Source: Hydrolagus affinis (taxonomy: Eukaryota). Taken from it: a DNA stretch of 64,000 bases. Below the pieces are notes generated by a model. That model was not told where the DNA came from, did no database searches, and was given only the letters and a program-made list of their open reading frames with translations. Position numbers and translations under genes: made by a program. This document shows, piece after piece, positions 49,780 through 62,532 of this stretch (the first letter of the stretch is position 1; every line of letters begins with the position of its first letter). Location: positions 1-64,000 of the forward strand of contig JAAILG010001019.1 of NCBI GenBank assembly GCA_012026655.1, written 5' to 3'.

Positions 49780-50107
49780 AGTGGCTCAATGGTTAGAGCA
49801 CTTGTCTTACAAGCTGGGGAGACCAAGCTGGGGAGACCTGTGTTCGAATCCAGGCAGGTCAGGGCGAAACCTTGGGCAGGTTTCCTTACTCCACATGCCT
49901 AATAATAATCCGTCTAAAAAAAACACAATAATAGAATTGGTCATTTCAATCCAGAACTGTTTGTGGGACACTGCTGTGCGCAATTGGCTGTTGCGATTCG
50001 CCCACAAATATACAGTCAATTCACTTTACAGTATATTCTGTGAAGTGCTTTGGGACGTTGATAAGATATCAACAGCGCTATATCAAATGCAAGGATTATT
50101 ATTATTA
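49780..50107 (+). mobile_element. Full-length SINE family A
   Basis: Head gtggctcaatggttagagc...gttcgaatcc with an internal caagctggggagac duplication, then core and tail. Confidence 0.9.
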
Positions 50108-50171
50108 AAGTGACTTTGCTCATCCATTCAGATAACATGTCTTTTGATAACTTCCAGTTCACTTAACAGTA

Positions 50172-50750
50172 ATAACAACAACAAAATTACATTTGTATAG
50201 CACCTTTTATGTCAGGGGGGCAGCCCAAGGCGCTGGACAGTTAGTATTCTGGACCCGAGCTGGGGCTAGGGATTGGTGCGGGTGGAAGGCAGGGGAGGAA
50301 GGAGGTTGACTGAAAGCACGGTCAAAGAGGAGTGCTTTGAGGTGGGTCTTGAAGGAGACAAGGCATGGGGTGAGGCAGAGGGACTGTGGGATGGAGTTCC
50401 AGAGGGTGGGGGAAGAATGGCTGAAGGCCTGCCCGTCAATGGTGAGGTGGGCAAAGTAAGGGATGTGAAGCAGGCCAGAGCCCACTGAGTGGAACATGCA
50501 AGAAGGTTGTTCGGTGGTTAGGACATCGCAGAGTTAGGGGAGATAAGGCTAGGGAAGGCTTTGAGGGTGAGGACCGGTATCTTGAATTGTATCCTCTGTA
50601 TGATGGGAAGCCAGTGGAGTTGGGCAAAGGTGGAGGTGTTGGGTCACGGAGTCTGGCGCGGGAGAAAAAATGGGCTGCAGAGTTCTGGATGATCTACAGC
50701 CTATGAAGGGAGGAGTTGGGAGGCCGACAACTGGGGAGTTTGCATAATCA
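50172..50750 (-). mobile_element. L2 LINE 3' fragment
   Basis: Minus-strand GQAFSHSSPTLWNSIPQSL...FKTHLKALLFDRAF; (caa)n tail. Confidence 0.88.
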
Positions 50751-50844
50751 TGTCTGAATGTTATTAATATGTGTATGACGGTCTCGGCTTAGCCCCCAGA
50801 TTGGTCTTGAAGCTGAGATCTGGAGAATTTTCATTGCTCTATCT

Positions 50845-50967
50845 GCCTATCTCTCTCTCTCTTTCATCGTCTCTCTCATTGTCTGTCGCTCTCTCTCATT
50901 GTCTCTCTCTCTCTCATCGTCTCTTTCAGCCTCTTTCTCTGTGTCTTCTTCTATTCTCTTCATCTCT
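50845..50967. repeat. Degenerate CT-rich low-complexity tract
   Basis: Interrupted (CT)n with catcgt/cattgt units. Confidence 0.85.
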
Positions 50968-53197
50968 GCCAAAAAAAATTGTTCACTTCAATCCACCATT
51001 GTTTGTGAGACACTGCTATGCTCAATTGCCTGCTGTGTTTCATCCACAAACAATTCCAGTCACTACACTTTATAGTGTAACCTTTATAGTGTAACCAGAA
51101 CTGTGCGTGTTCCAGAAACCTACTGTACATGTAAAACCTGGAAGTGTGTATAAAACGCTGTAATTAATCTGAGACACAGGATAGAACACCTTCATCTTAC
51201 TGCAGCGCAGGTTTGTTGCACAATTCTTTTATTAACATCCAAACCACCAAGGAGTAAATTAATCATGGAGGTTAATTACAAATGGGGGAAGAAAATGTGT
51301 CTAAAGAGATGTCCAAAGTTTTTCTTAATGAAACATAATAATAGTGCAGAAAGTAATGCAGACGTAATTTGAATCAACTCTTTGACTCCTGATTCAGCAC
51401 AATACCTGTGCAATAGGACTGTGGAAATTTGAGAGAGGGGGAGGGAGAATTCTCATACAAATCATTGTTGATACGGTACACTGTAATTCACGATTTAGGA
51501 TTTTTAAAAAAAATTTGTTCTGTTGAAGGGAGTAATTGTCCTTGGTTCCTTAGCTAATATTATCTGATTAAGAAAGCTTCTTGTTTTTTTTTTTGCCTGT
51601 TCATTGTCCTGTCCCCAGACATTACACAAAGCATCAGCATCTGTACCGAGAGCTTCTGCTCAATAGCACAAAGCACGGCTGAGCTGAAAGTCAGGACATC
51701 TGATCAGACTGCGAAAATTCTGGCACTCTCTCCTTTTCTTGTGAAGGTGGTAAATTTTGTCTTGTTAAGTGATGTGAAATTCAAAGTAAGTCACCTGCAC
51801 CCAGGAGGGCATGTCTGATATAAGCCGTTGTGATTTCTCTTCCTTTCCTGTGTTATGGGACTGTACTACACTGAATTGAGCATTCTGACCTGTGAGGTTC
51901 AACCTACTAACTGTCATTTTGATTTTAAGTAATCGTTGTAAAGTGACAGGTTCTCTGCAGCTAGTAATTAAAAAGATTATAACTGGCTTGAATTGTCTAT
52001 ATTGTGTACATTAAGTGTGCTTTGATATTTTAATTTCCTTTTTATATAACTGGAAGGAAATGGTAAATTCCGAAGTTACTTTGTAATGTTTGATGTACGT
52101 CACACATTAGTTTTAAGAGTACAACCACAGAATGTGGTTCATTTCCTACGGTGGCATAGCAAACCAAACCACAGTAGCGATAGATCCTTTTGTTCTATCA
52201 TACATTTGTCTTATTCTCTCTTCTCCCCATGTGATGGTTTCCGGCTTGTTAATTATTCCTGAGGTTAGTGTACCTCTCTGTGTTGTTAATTATTCTTGTG
52301 GTTCTTCTATGCCTATGAGCTGTTAATTATTCTTGAGGTCAGGCTTCAATGTACTCGGTTATTTAAGCAAACTGCTGTGACATGGTTACTTTTCTTGGTG
52401 AATTATAGGTAATATGACTCAATTGAACTCTGGCACTTTCTAGGTATAGCTCATCTACTATTTCCATTTTCTTGAGAGGCTTTGGGTCAATGCGTTGTAG
52501 GAATTAAGGCAGGTCAAACGTTAGCAATCATCTACCTAGCAGGTGACGGTTGATTCATGGTTACCAGCAGACATTTAAAAGTACCGTTCCTTATCCTCCG
52601 CACCTGGAAGAAATTGAAACTGATGTTTGTCAAGGAGCAGTGGTTGCGTTTCATAGCTCACTGTGTAGAATTGTTCTGAACAGTATCAGTGTAAGAAGGA
52701 AGAAGAGAATTCCCATTGGAGGTGAGTTTGGCAGACGTTGGCTTGGTCTGGCTAACTGGGGTAGGGCAGAATCCTCTCCTGAATTGCTCACTCACACTTT
52801 GTCTCAGTCAAAGTATCCATGGAGATGCCTGTGGCTTAGTCTGTCTGCTCTCCCTGGCACAGTGGTTGTTGGGAGCACCGTGAGCCTGAAGGAGAAAATA
52901 ACAGCAAATGGAAAACTAGAGGACAGCAAATTGCTACAATTATGAGAATCTTAAAGATAATACATGTACTTGTATTTTATTATTTGTAGAGTTTGGACTA
53001 CGAGATTCAGAGTGAAAGCTGGAGTATATCTGCAGGTACACAGTTGTCACCAAGCTTTTAAAATAATTGAATGCATTTGAAATCTGGCAGTACAGTACGG
53101 AATCACATGTTAATAAAGTTTAGGTTGTGTTTATCTCCTGAAGTAGCATTCAGTAGATCTTATCTCTGTGGAAGAAAGAGTGAATTAAAGAACGCAA

Positions 53198-53296
53198 AGA
53201 AGGGTCATGTACCCGAAACGTTGACTCGCTTTTCCTTTCTCCATAGATGCTGCCTGACCTGCTGAGTGTTCCCAGCCATTTCTGTTTTTGTTACAA
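53198..53296 (+). mobile_element. Penelope-like remnant
   Basis: gaagggtcatgtacccgaaacgttgact...gatgctgcctgacctgctgagt. Confidence 0.65.
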
Positions 53297-56155
53297 ATAC
53301 TCTTTGTCTTGCATACCATAGTGTACGCCAATTAGCCTCCAGGAGCCCATTTATGCAAATCACTCTGCATTCCATAATTAACATGTGCATATTTGTAATC
53401 ATGATTTTTTTTTGCTGAAGATTTAAAAAAAAAAGTAATTATGAAACAGCCAGACAGCATTGCTTACTGGAAAGGTTGAAGCTGTGGATAGGAGGGATCC
53501 TGTGGTTTGAATTGATACAACAAACTACCTCACTTCATAAGGGTGTGACAAATGTGTACACCCATATTTCCTCTGATTTAATGTAAAAGCTTTGACCTGA
53601 AAATTAACAAGGCGGATAATGATAATATTGATAACCAGGCAACAATCTGAATAATTATAGTCCTTGCGTCTCAACAAATTGTCGGCTGTGATCAGATGAA
53701 TTGTGGGGTTTGGTTTGTCCCAGCCCCAGGAAGTGCAGGCTGACTGCTTGGTGATGGTTTAATTGTTCGGGCTTTCACACAGGCACTCAGCTGCTGTTAG
53801 ATACTGTTTGATTGGCTTCCCTGGGATGTTGGCTATTCCCCAGCTGAGTGACTTCACGCTTAGTGAATGGAGGAGACTCTGAATGCTGTCTCCTACTACT
53901 GAGCATTTGTTTGTCCTGACAATATGCTGGGATTGGGAGGTTTATGCCTGCGGATTTGATGGTGAGGATAAAGACTTATCCGGCTTTTTCTGAGGAACAG
54001 CATCTGCAGGGAAACTTTGCCGAAATTAGTCATTTTGTGCCTAGCAAATGGAACAGGAAATGAGTATTTTAGGTAAGTTCAGTTTTTTTCCAGGATAATC
54101 ACTGTGTGGTACCTGTATTTTGTAGGTCAGTCATTTATGTTTGGTTATGATAGAGGGAAGGAAAGAAGGCTTTATTTTCACTATTTCTTCTACTACTAAT
54201 TTTTATCATCGTTCCAGAGCCTTTTTGTTGTGCATGTGGTTTCTGACATGTTCAGGCCATCACTGAGAGTCTTTTGTTTTATGTCACTTTATGGGCATGC
54301 TATTTAATCAGTACCTTCATCGCCAGTTCAAAGCTAGCTTATTGTTACCAAATGAATTATTCTTGGTCTTTTCAACAGATTTTTTTATTAGAAGGAGATG
54401 TGATTTAAAATGTATTTGTTATGTCATATCTATTGAAATTCAGAATGCAGCTTTACTGTCTAATTTACATAAGATGTCGATCGTGATTTAATACCAAGTG
54501 CAATTAATATGTAACTCCTAGATTTATAAGCACATGGGGAACTTGGGTCTTCTGTGAAAGTGCTTTCTTTTTTTTAACATATAGTATTTTATTGAACTTT
54601 AGAGGACTTTAAGCATGAAATATTTTTTAGTTATATTAAAGTTTTAATATAATCTTAGCATTAGATATAGTGCCTTATCATGTCTTCAAGATGTCTCAAA
54701 GTGCTTCACAGAAGATACTGTAAAGCAAATTGGCTGTATATTTTGGTGGACGAAATATCTGCATGGCTTGATGTGTTTTTATTCGTGAAAGAGTTTTGTG
54801 AGAAACACCCACTGTAAGATTATAGTACAATTTGTACCATCATTTGGAGATGTCTGGATATGACATGGTATGTTGAAATGATTTAGACACAACATGTTTC
54901 TTCAGGCAGATGCTCGTAAGAGTTTTTATCTAGTTCGCGCAGGTGTACAGTGTTCACTACTGTGCCATTTTCCGTGTACAGTACTTAGCTCTAGGGATGC
55001 TCTCAAGTAGCTTGAGTTCACATTCATTATTCCACATTTGGTTTAGTAGAAGGTGAACAGTGAAAGGAGATGGCTCCCCATCTCTCTAAAGGTTTCAAAT
55101 ATGTGTCTCTCCAGTGAACACATTGAACGGGTTTGGTAGTGTTCAGCTTTGCTTGCAAATTGTACAAAGTAATTGTAGCAGATGGTACCATGAAACCTTA
55201 CCTACAGTATTTCAGCTTTCCATTATTAATAATCATTGCTGAACATGTGTTAAACACTAGCAGAAACAGTTACAAAAGAAAGTGGTCAAATGATATAACC
55301 AGAAGAACATGTATTGAAATTTAACAAGCCGTTTAGAGAACGCTTCAGTGCCTATGATATGAACAGTGTATGCTCACTGTCAGACTAGGCGGGTCTCAAC
55401 AACAACAACAAATTACATTTATAGAGCGCCTTTCACGTCAGGAGGACGTCCCAAGTCTCACGTTCCTAGTGAGTTTATTTGCATTTGTGGCCCAATTTTG
55501 TATTCTAGTTGTCTTGTAAAATAATAATTTTCATTGGAACTGGTTCAAATTTGATGTGCTCAGGCCTCAAAGTGATTGCTATTTTGGCTGCCTCATGCTC
55601 CCATCACCATGTGACAGTCCTTCATCTGAACTGGACTTATTTAACTCTTATTTAACATATATTTTCCTCCAGAATTGCACATTCTATTTAAGTGATCATA
55701 AAATAGTATTGCTTCAAAGACACTCTTAAACACACTGAATTTATGGCATAGACCTGATACAACGGCAATAAATAGCTTATTTCAGATATTTAATAAACCA
55801 AATTGCATGTATCTCAATGTGCATTGTTTTGCTAGTAGGGATAGGTGAGAGTCAGAGTGTTCAGCTTGGAACATTGCCGCTGGGAGTTTTACGAATGAGA
55901 GGAGGGAGTGATGAGCCCTATGTAACACTGCTACCTGTGGCATTTACGTCATACCAGACAATGAAATTGATGCAACAATGTCAGGCACTGGGTATGACAG
56001 GGGAACAGAACAGTTATTTTGAATCCTCCCACGGAAGGAGCGTGTGTGTCACTAGTGTTCATGTTCCAATTAAATCTCCCTATTTTCATGATCACAAGGA
56101 CAGATCCATGCCCCTGGATTTGGAGTCACTATGGTCTGACGCCAGTGAACATAAT

Positions 56156-56354
56156 AAGTAAAAGCCAGTTTATCTGTGACCCGATCAACCGTAACTTCTG
56201 TATAACCGGTACCACAAAAAAAGGGTCCGCATTCGATTAACCGGAATTTATCCGGAAAAGTGCATTAAAAAAATTTGGGGGGGGTGCCGAATATCTGGCG
56301 CTTTAACCGCCGTTGGCCAAGTCCCGAGGGTGCCGGATAAACGAGCTTTTACTG
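56156..56354. mobile_element. Short Tigger-like MITE (~200 bp)
   Basis: Imperfect TIRs agtaaaagccagtttatctg / ccggataaacgagcttttactg followed by TA. CpG-rich interior with repeated aaccg/atccgg. Confidence 0.75.
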
Positions 56355-59300
56355 TAGCACCCTCAAAAATCAAAAATTGTTCAGTAAAACACAACTGAGA
56401 GAAGGTAGTACCCTGTATCAGTTTGTAGTTGTTTTGATTATACTGCTTTGATGTTCATTAGATATCAATCTGATGAAAGATTTAAAGTGCTGTACAATAG
56501 TTCTCTTTCTGAATGTCCTTTTCCCAGAGTAAAATGCTTTGCTGTTAAAACAGCAAAGGGCAAAATATATTAAAAGTAGTCAGGGTGTATTGAAGGCTGA
56601 GTTGTTCCTTTTTTTAAAAAAAAAAGCCTTAAACATGGTTTTTAAAATATATATCATGTATATTTACTTGAACAATAGATGTAATTCACTGCAGATTACA
56701 GCCAGTGTTTGAATGAAAGAGGCTGGTGGTTAAAACAGGGAAGGATCATTTGAAGCTGTGTGATTATCTGGAAGCAGCTTTCTTCAGCATAAGAAAGGAA
56801 GTCGTCGTAACTAGGAGACGAGAGGTTCAAAGATTGGTAAAGAGAGGTTCAAAGATTGCTACAGTAATGCTGCTGAATGCATTTTGAATGGAAACAAGAG
56901 CATAGGCATGCTAAAATATAGAGATAGTCAACATTTTCTCTGTACACTTTTGATGGCGTTCCAACATATAGTCTGACCAGTGTAGGCAGCCCGATCTCAT
57001 GGGTTTCCTCTCACCCTGTGGGGAAGAAGCTGATGTCTGCTCGCTATGATACTTCCCCCACAACCTCACTTTTGAAGTGGGAAAGTCAATACATGGGGGA
57101 TTGTAGCAACCAGATGAAGCAGCATATGACCCAGAGGACATGCAACACAGCTGTACTTTTTCACATAGTACCAATGTACCAGCACCTTGGGATATCCTTC
57201 CGATGTGAAAAGTACTATGCAAATCTAATTTGTTGTTATAATATAATTTGTTGTGGTTATTGTGTTGTTAAAACTTATCCCTTTGGATAAGAGATTCTAA
57301 AAGAGAAAATTTTGATTGAGGGAAAATGTTTCAAGAAGAAGATAGGTAAGAGTTGTGTGGTGTGGACTACTATTCATTTAATAATTGAGATCCAAGCCTC
57401 TCTGGCCGCTGGAAAGAAACAGTGCATTTTATTTTATTCCACTCCAGTCAACATTACTCAAAAGTGTGATTCAAAGCTCCGTGTTCCAGGTAAGTTGCAG
57501 TGTAGGTGCTAGGCCATGGGGTATTTTTGATCTTTTATTCCTAATTTGGGAATTGAATTCCATTTTAAAATGACTCGTGTCTCGAATTAAATTGAAAATC
57601 CAGTAATTTTTAAATGAAACATGTGGCTTTTCAGCTTTCAACTCAAGTGAAGACACAACAGACTTTTGAAACACTTTTGCATGCCAAGTCTGTGTATCTC
57701 CCCTGGTTCTGATTTGAGGAAATTTGCCCACAGCTCTGCACAGTTGGATTAAAGCCAAATAAGCACCATTTTGGAGGAAGTGCCTCATCTTCATTATTTG
57801 ATTGTTTTATTTCAATCCCTTGTTTGGCTTTAGAGATGTTGCTGAGTCATTGTGCTTTTATTTCTATTCCCATGGCATTTGCAGGTATACACTGTACAGG
57901 CAAACAAACCTTGTTGGTTTTGCTCTGCACATTTGGATAACATTATGTTTTGAGCAGAACACGCTGGAGTGGGGCGGTGGGAAATTAAAATAAATATGGT
58001 TATTTCCATTATTGTCCTGGGTGAGGTGGGATTTGGATTTGGTCCTGACGCTTTGAAGGTGGTGTTGTGGAGTGTATTTGTTGTCTCATACCTTTTGTGA
58101 ATGTGCATCGAGACATTGGTTGGAAGTTGGAATACTAGTGGAATGAGCTATGAATAATCCTTACATTTGATATAGCACTTTATCATGTCTTCAATACATT
58201 TCAAAGACATCTCAAAGCGCTTCACTGTAAAGTGAATCGACTGTAAATTTTGTGTGCTACTAATTATCCTCTGCAGAAATGAATACTTTGCTGTGCCTGT
58301 CCTAAAATTGCCTCGCACATCCCTGAATCCTCTTGCCCTTCTGCCTTTGTGTATCTGAACATTTGAAAGTAAATTCAGCTTCTCCCCCTGCTTCCCTTCA
58401 CCCTGTGATCTAATGGTCAGAGGCGAGCAATGAGGCTGTGTAGACTTGTCTTTTCCAAACTCCTCGGTGGTAGATAAGATGTGAGTGGTGTGTTCATCCA
58501 TCATTGGTATAATTGATGCAATCTCATCATTTGCACGTGAATCTGCCTGGTGCACTTTCAGAAGCGAGCACAGGGGTGCTGAAAATAGAAATCACCGCAG
58601 TCACAAGGTAAAAGCAGCAAGTGCACAATACCGGGCTGTAAATTCTGCACTGATACCTTTTCGGATTCTTTCCAGCAGGTACGCATTATGTGCATGATTT
58701 ATCTGAATTCTTGTGGGCCTGATTTTCTGCAGTCATAGCATGTTTTCATCTTGTCTGATTGAGAAACAGCGATGATGTTGAATAGAAAGGGGGTGGGTGG
58801 GGAAGGAAGTTCCTTTATTGTCTTGGCCAACACTGTAAGTGAGCAAGCTGTGAACAGCATGAGAAGTCTAAGGAACAAAGCGCCTGCAGCTATGGAACGC
58901 AAAAGGTGCAGCAGCCTAGCAGCTGAGACCTGACGCGCGGTGCAAAACATGCAGGGCTTTACACAGCAGCATGAATTTATTCCTTTGAGACCATGGAAGG
59001 AAGAAATCCTGAAACGTAAAAGCAGAAGGGACATCAATAATTTAGTTTGTTGATCTTATTTATATGGTATGTATATGCGCACTTTCCACGGTTGTGTTTC
59101 ACTCCTCCTGCGAAAGTGGTTGGGTGCAGTCCTGTAAGGGTTAGCCAATCTGTGATACTTTACCCAAGCATATGTTCATGTGTGCACAGTCTAGCTTTGA
59201 GCAATGAGAGGTGTGCACCGGTGAAAAGCCTTAGAAGGCATGTGAGTGTTGGCAGCCCATTCATCAAGGGAGTGGGGGGGTGGGGAAGCGAGTGGGATGG

Positions 59301-60124
59301 GGGTGAAGTCACAGCTGAGCCTCACAAACAACCCTTTCAAATGGTGACCACCAAATGGCAATCAGATGCAGGAGAAGAATCTTGGCTGATTCTCTCCTAC
59401 CAGGGATGCTGAGATCAGTTATAGTTTATTGACTGCTGCGTTGGTGGAGCTCAGCTGAACTCAATCCTTGGAGCTTTGTTTTGAAGCTAATTGCAATGTC
59501 TCAACTGTTAACCACATGAAACAACACAGATTGATATATGAATTTACAATTGTCTGATCTATATTGCTTCTTGCTGCACTGGTCCATATTTTTACGCAAT
59601 AGGCCACTGAGGAAGATCTTTTTGGTTCAATGGACCAAAACAGCATTGAGATATATCACTGGATGTCCAATTGGCTGATCTTATGTGAGGAATTACAATT
59701 GGCAACAGCATTCCTGCGCTAAGGATAGGAATATTGTCCTGGATACCCAATCCTAATTATTCTCTGGCAAACTCTGCTAGATTTACCTTGTGTCAGAGAC
59801 AGTGAGGATAGGATTAACCTCGACAGCCACCATTCCTAAAATGCTCATGAAAAATCACTTGGTTAAGATACGGAAGGATAACTGTCACTTATCAAACTGC
59901 ATTCCCAAATAACTCGCCACCATCAGTATCAACACTAATATAAATAAATAAACACAATACAATAAATATAAATACATGTCAGCAGGAAAATGTCAAGGTG
60001 GAGAAAAGAGATAATTCTAAATAGAAGGGACAAGAATAAATTTCAAAACATTTACATATTTTCTTTGAGTGTGACGGTTTTCTCTGGTTTCCTTATCCTG
60101 TTTTGAATCTCCTAACTGCTGATT

Positions 60125-60350
60125 AACATAAGCACTATCGAAGAGGAAGGTCTTCAGGCCTGATCTGAAATTAGGGAAGTGGGAGCAAGGCCGAGGTATG
60201 GTGAGAGAGAGTTGGAAAGTGTCAGGGAGTAGTGGCTGTTAATGGAACGAAGGGCATGAGGGACAATTAAGAGACTGGAGCCAGCCCAGCGGAGAAGGTG
60301 AGTGGTTGAGTGGGGAGTAAGCTGGTCAGAGAGGTAGCAAAAAGCTCAGG
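60125..60350 (-). mobile_element. Decayed L2 3' fragment
   Basis: gaagaggaaggtcttcagg...gagagttggaaagt is the reverse complement of the L2 ORF2 end pattern. Confidence 0.55.
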
Positions 60351-60429
60351 CATGAATAGATTTGTAGACAAATGTGAAATTTGCACAATCTCAAGGTACT
60401 GGAGAGAAACAATATTTGGTGAAATTAAA

Positions 60430-60849
60430 TGTGGTGGGTTTAAGTGCTGGAGAGGATCGATTTCAGGATCCTCACCATTGTTTTCAAATCCCTCCACTCC
60501 TCCGCAACCCCCTACCTCTCCGACCTCCTCTCTTCTCAAACCAGTACCCGTTGTCTTTGCTCCACCGGGTCTGGCCTCCTCCTTGTCCCCAAATCCTCTG
60601 CTCCACCATCAGCGGCCGTGCCTTCAGCCACTACGCCCCGAGGCTCTGGACCTCCCTTCCTCACTCCCTTTGTCTCTCCCCCTCTCTTCCCAGTTTCAGG
60701 TCTCAGCTAAAGACCTTTCTCTTAGACAGCGCCTTTGGTCACCTTTCTCCGCCTGCTCCTGGCTCGCCCCCGAGATCTGTTATTGTGAAACGCTCTGAGA
60801 TGCCGTCTGACATGGAAGGCGCTATATAAATCGAAGTTGTTGTTGTTGT
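60430..60849 (+). mobile_element. L2 LINE 3' fragment
   Basis: ERIDFRILTIVFKSLH and GRAFSHYAPRLWTSLP...FRSQLKTFL in shifting frames; tail aggcgctatataaatcgaagttgttgttgttg. Confidence 0.88.
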
Positions 60850-61149
60850 ATATTTGAAATGTTTAAAGGAACGGGGAAGAAATGTGAGAGTGACCATAGT
60901 TTTTCCTGCTAAAGACAGAGAGGCAAGACAGAGAGAAAGCCAGGATTGTAGAAAAGGGTCACTTATCAGATAGCAAGCCTTTTCATGTATCCTGTCCAAG
61001 GGGAAGAGAGGTTTTGGAATTGTGGTGACAGGTATGACGTGAAATGTTCTAATGTATATCACTCTCAGTCTACATCCAGCGAAACCGTGCATAGTTTTAT
61101 GTCGATCAATGTTGACAGTAAGGAGCATTGATGTGGTTCACATCTGACT

Positions 61150-61350
61150 TCCGTGGAGAAATCACTCTCAGAAGTGATGAATACCTTGGAACCACATGCT
61201 AATAATCATAGTTACATATTTTAACTATGATACTTTCAGCGTTGTATATTAGAGAAGATAATTAAGGGCTTTGGGAGAAGGGAATAGAAGGAATGGAGGG
61301 TTCATGTGAAGTATAGACTTGTTGGACCAAATGGCCTGTTTCCATGTAAA
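61150..61350 (+). mobile_element. Decayed CR1 3' end
   Basis: attaagggctttgggagaagg...cttgttggaccaaatggcctgtttccatg resembles a CR1 3' UTR. Confidence 0.5.
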
Positions 61351-61707
61351 AATCTGTGTACGTAATCTTTTTTTAATTCAGTTGGAAAGGATACAAAAAT
61401 AGACTCGCTTTTATACCCTATTGTTAAAGTTGTTTAAAAGGTAAGACATGAAATTATGAATAATAAATAGACTTCATGGTGTTGCATTGATCCCAATGAA
61501 TTCTTACAGAACCAGCACTGTGTTGCGTGTGAAAACCTACCCTAGTATGATTGTTATATGTGTGACTAATGTGAAAACTAAGTACCAATATCTGGTTACT
61601 TTGGCAGCTAATTTGAACAAAACTGGCTATCAAACATATTTGCTGAAATATTATTCTGTGTGATTCATTCAATGAAACCGGTTTAGTGAGCCCACAGACT
61701 TTGTGAT

Positions 61708-62006
61708 TGACTATATCCCCCGACCCATCCGCCCCACTATTGGCGGGCGAACCTTCAGCCACTCTCAACCCGACCTCTGAAACTCCATCCCGCAGTACCA
61801 ACACCTCGCCTCTTCCCTGGCCTCCTTCAAGTCTCACCTCAAGTCTCTCTTCTTCGATGGACCCATCGGCAACTCCTAATCCCCCCCCTTCCCTCCCCCC
61901 CATCCCCCGTCCTCAGCTTGGGTCTGAAGCAGTAACTGTCCAGCACCTTGGGACATCCTCCTGAATGGGGAAGGTGCTATACAAGTGTAATTTTGTTGTT
62001 GTTGTA
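61708..62006 (+). mobile_element. L2 LINE 3' fragment (left arm of an inverted pair)
   Basis: cccactattggcgggcgaaccttcagcc...ccttcaagtctcacctcaag, then the stem-loop and (ttg)n tail. Confidence 0.85.
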
Positions 62007-62038
62007 ATGAGGTATATAAAGTTTCAGCATGGTGGATA

Positions 62039-62532
62039 TACAACAACAACAAAATTACATTTGTAGAGCGCCTTTCACATCAGGAGAACAACCCAAGGTG
62101 CTGAACAGTCAGGGGTCAGGACCCGAGCATGATGATCGGGTGGCAGGGTTGGGATGAGAGAGGCAGAGAGGAAGGATGGTGGCTTAGGGCACTGTTGAAA
62201 AGGTGGGTCTTGAGACCAGCCTTGAAGGAGTTAAGGGAGGGAGCAAGGCGAAGGGATGGTCGGATGGAGTTCCAAAGTGTGGGGGCAGAGAGGCTGAAAG
62301 GCCGGACACCGATGGTTGAGCGGGATAAGCAGGGGCATGGAGCAGGCTGGAGCCTGCTGAATGGAGTGAGTGGCAGGTTGACAGCGGATCGGCAGGTCAA
62401 AGATACGAGGGGGCAAGGCCATGGAGAGTCTCGAAGGTGAAGCCGAGGATCTTGAATTCTGTCCTCTGAGGGAGGGGGAGCCAGTGGAGCTAGGCAAGGG
62501 TGGGGGTGATGGGGTTGCAGAGTCTGGTGCAT
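62039..62532 (-). mobile_element. L2 LINE 3' fragment (right arm of an inverted pair)
   Basis: Minus-strand RPFSLSAPTLWNSI...SFKAGLKTHLFNSA; (caa)n tail. Confidence 0.88.

Noticed and set aside
56820-56858. 17-bp direct repeat GAGAGGTTCAAAGATTG (similar small duplications at ~6800, 11187 and 51067)
   Set aside because: Two-copy local slippage duplications with no evidence of function.
5919-57270. CRISPR-like array suggested by recurring palindromic ~35-nt repeats
   Set aside because: Copies are dispersed kilobases apart on both strands, carry (TTG)n tails and match L2 3' ends. There are no regular spacers or cas genes, and the DNA is eukaryotic.
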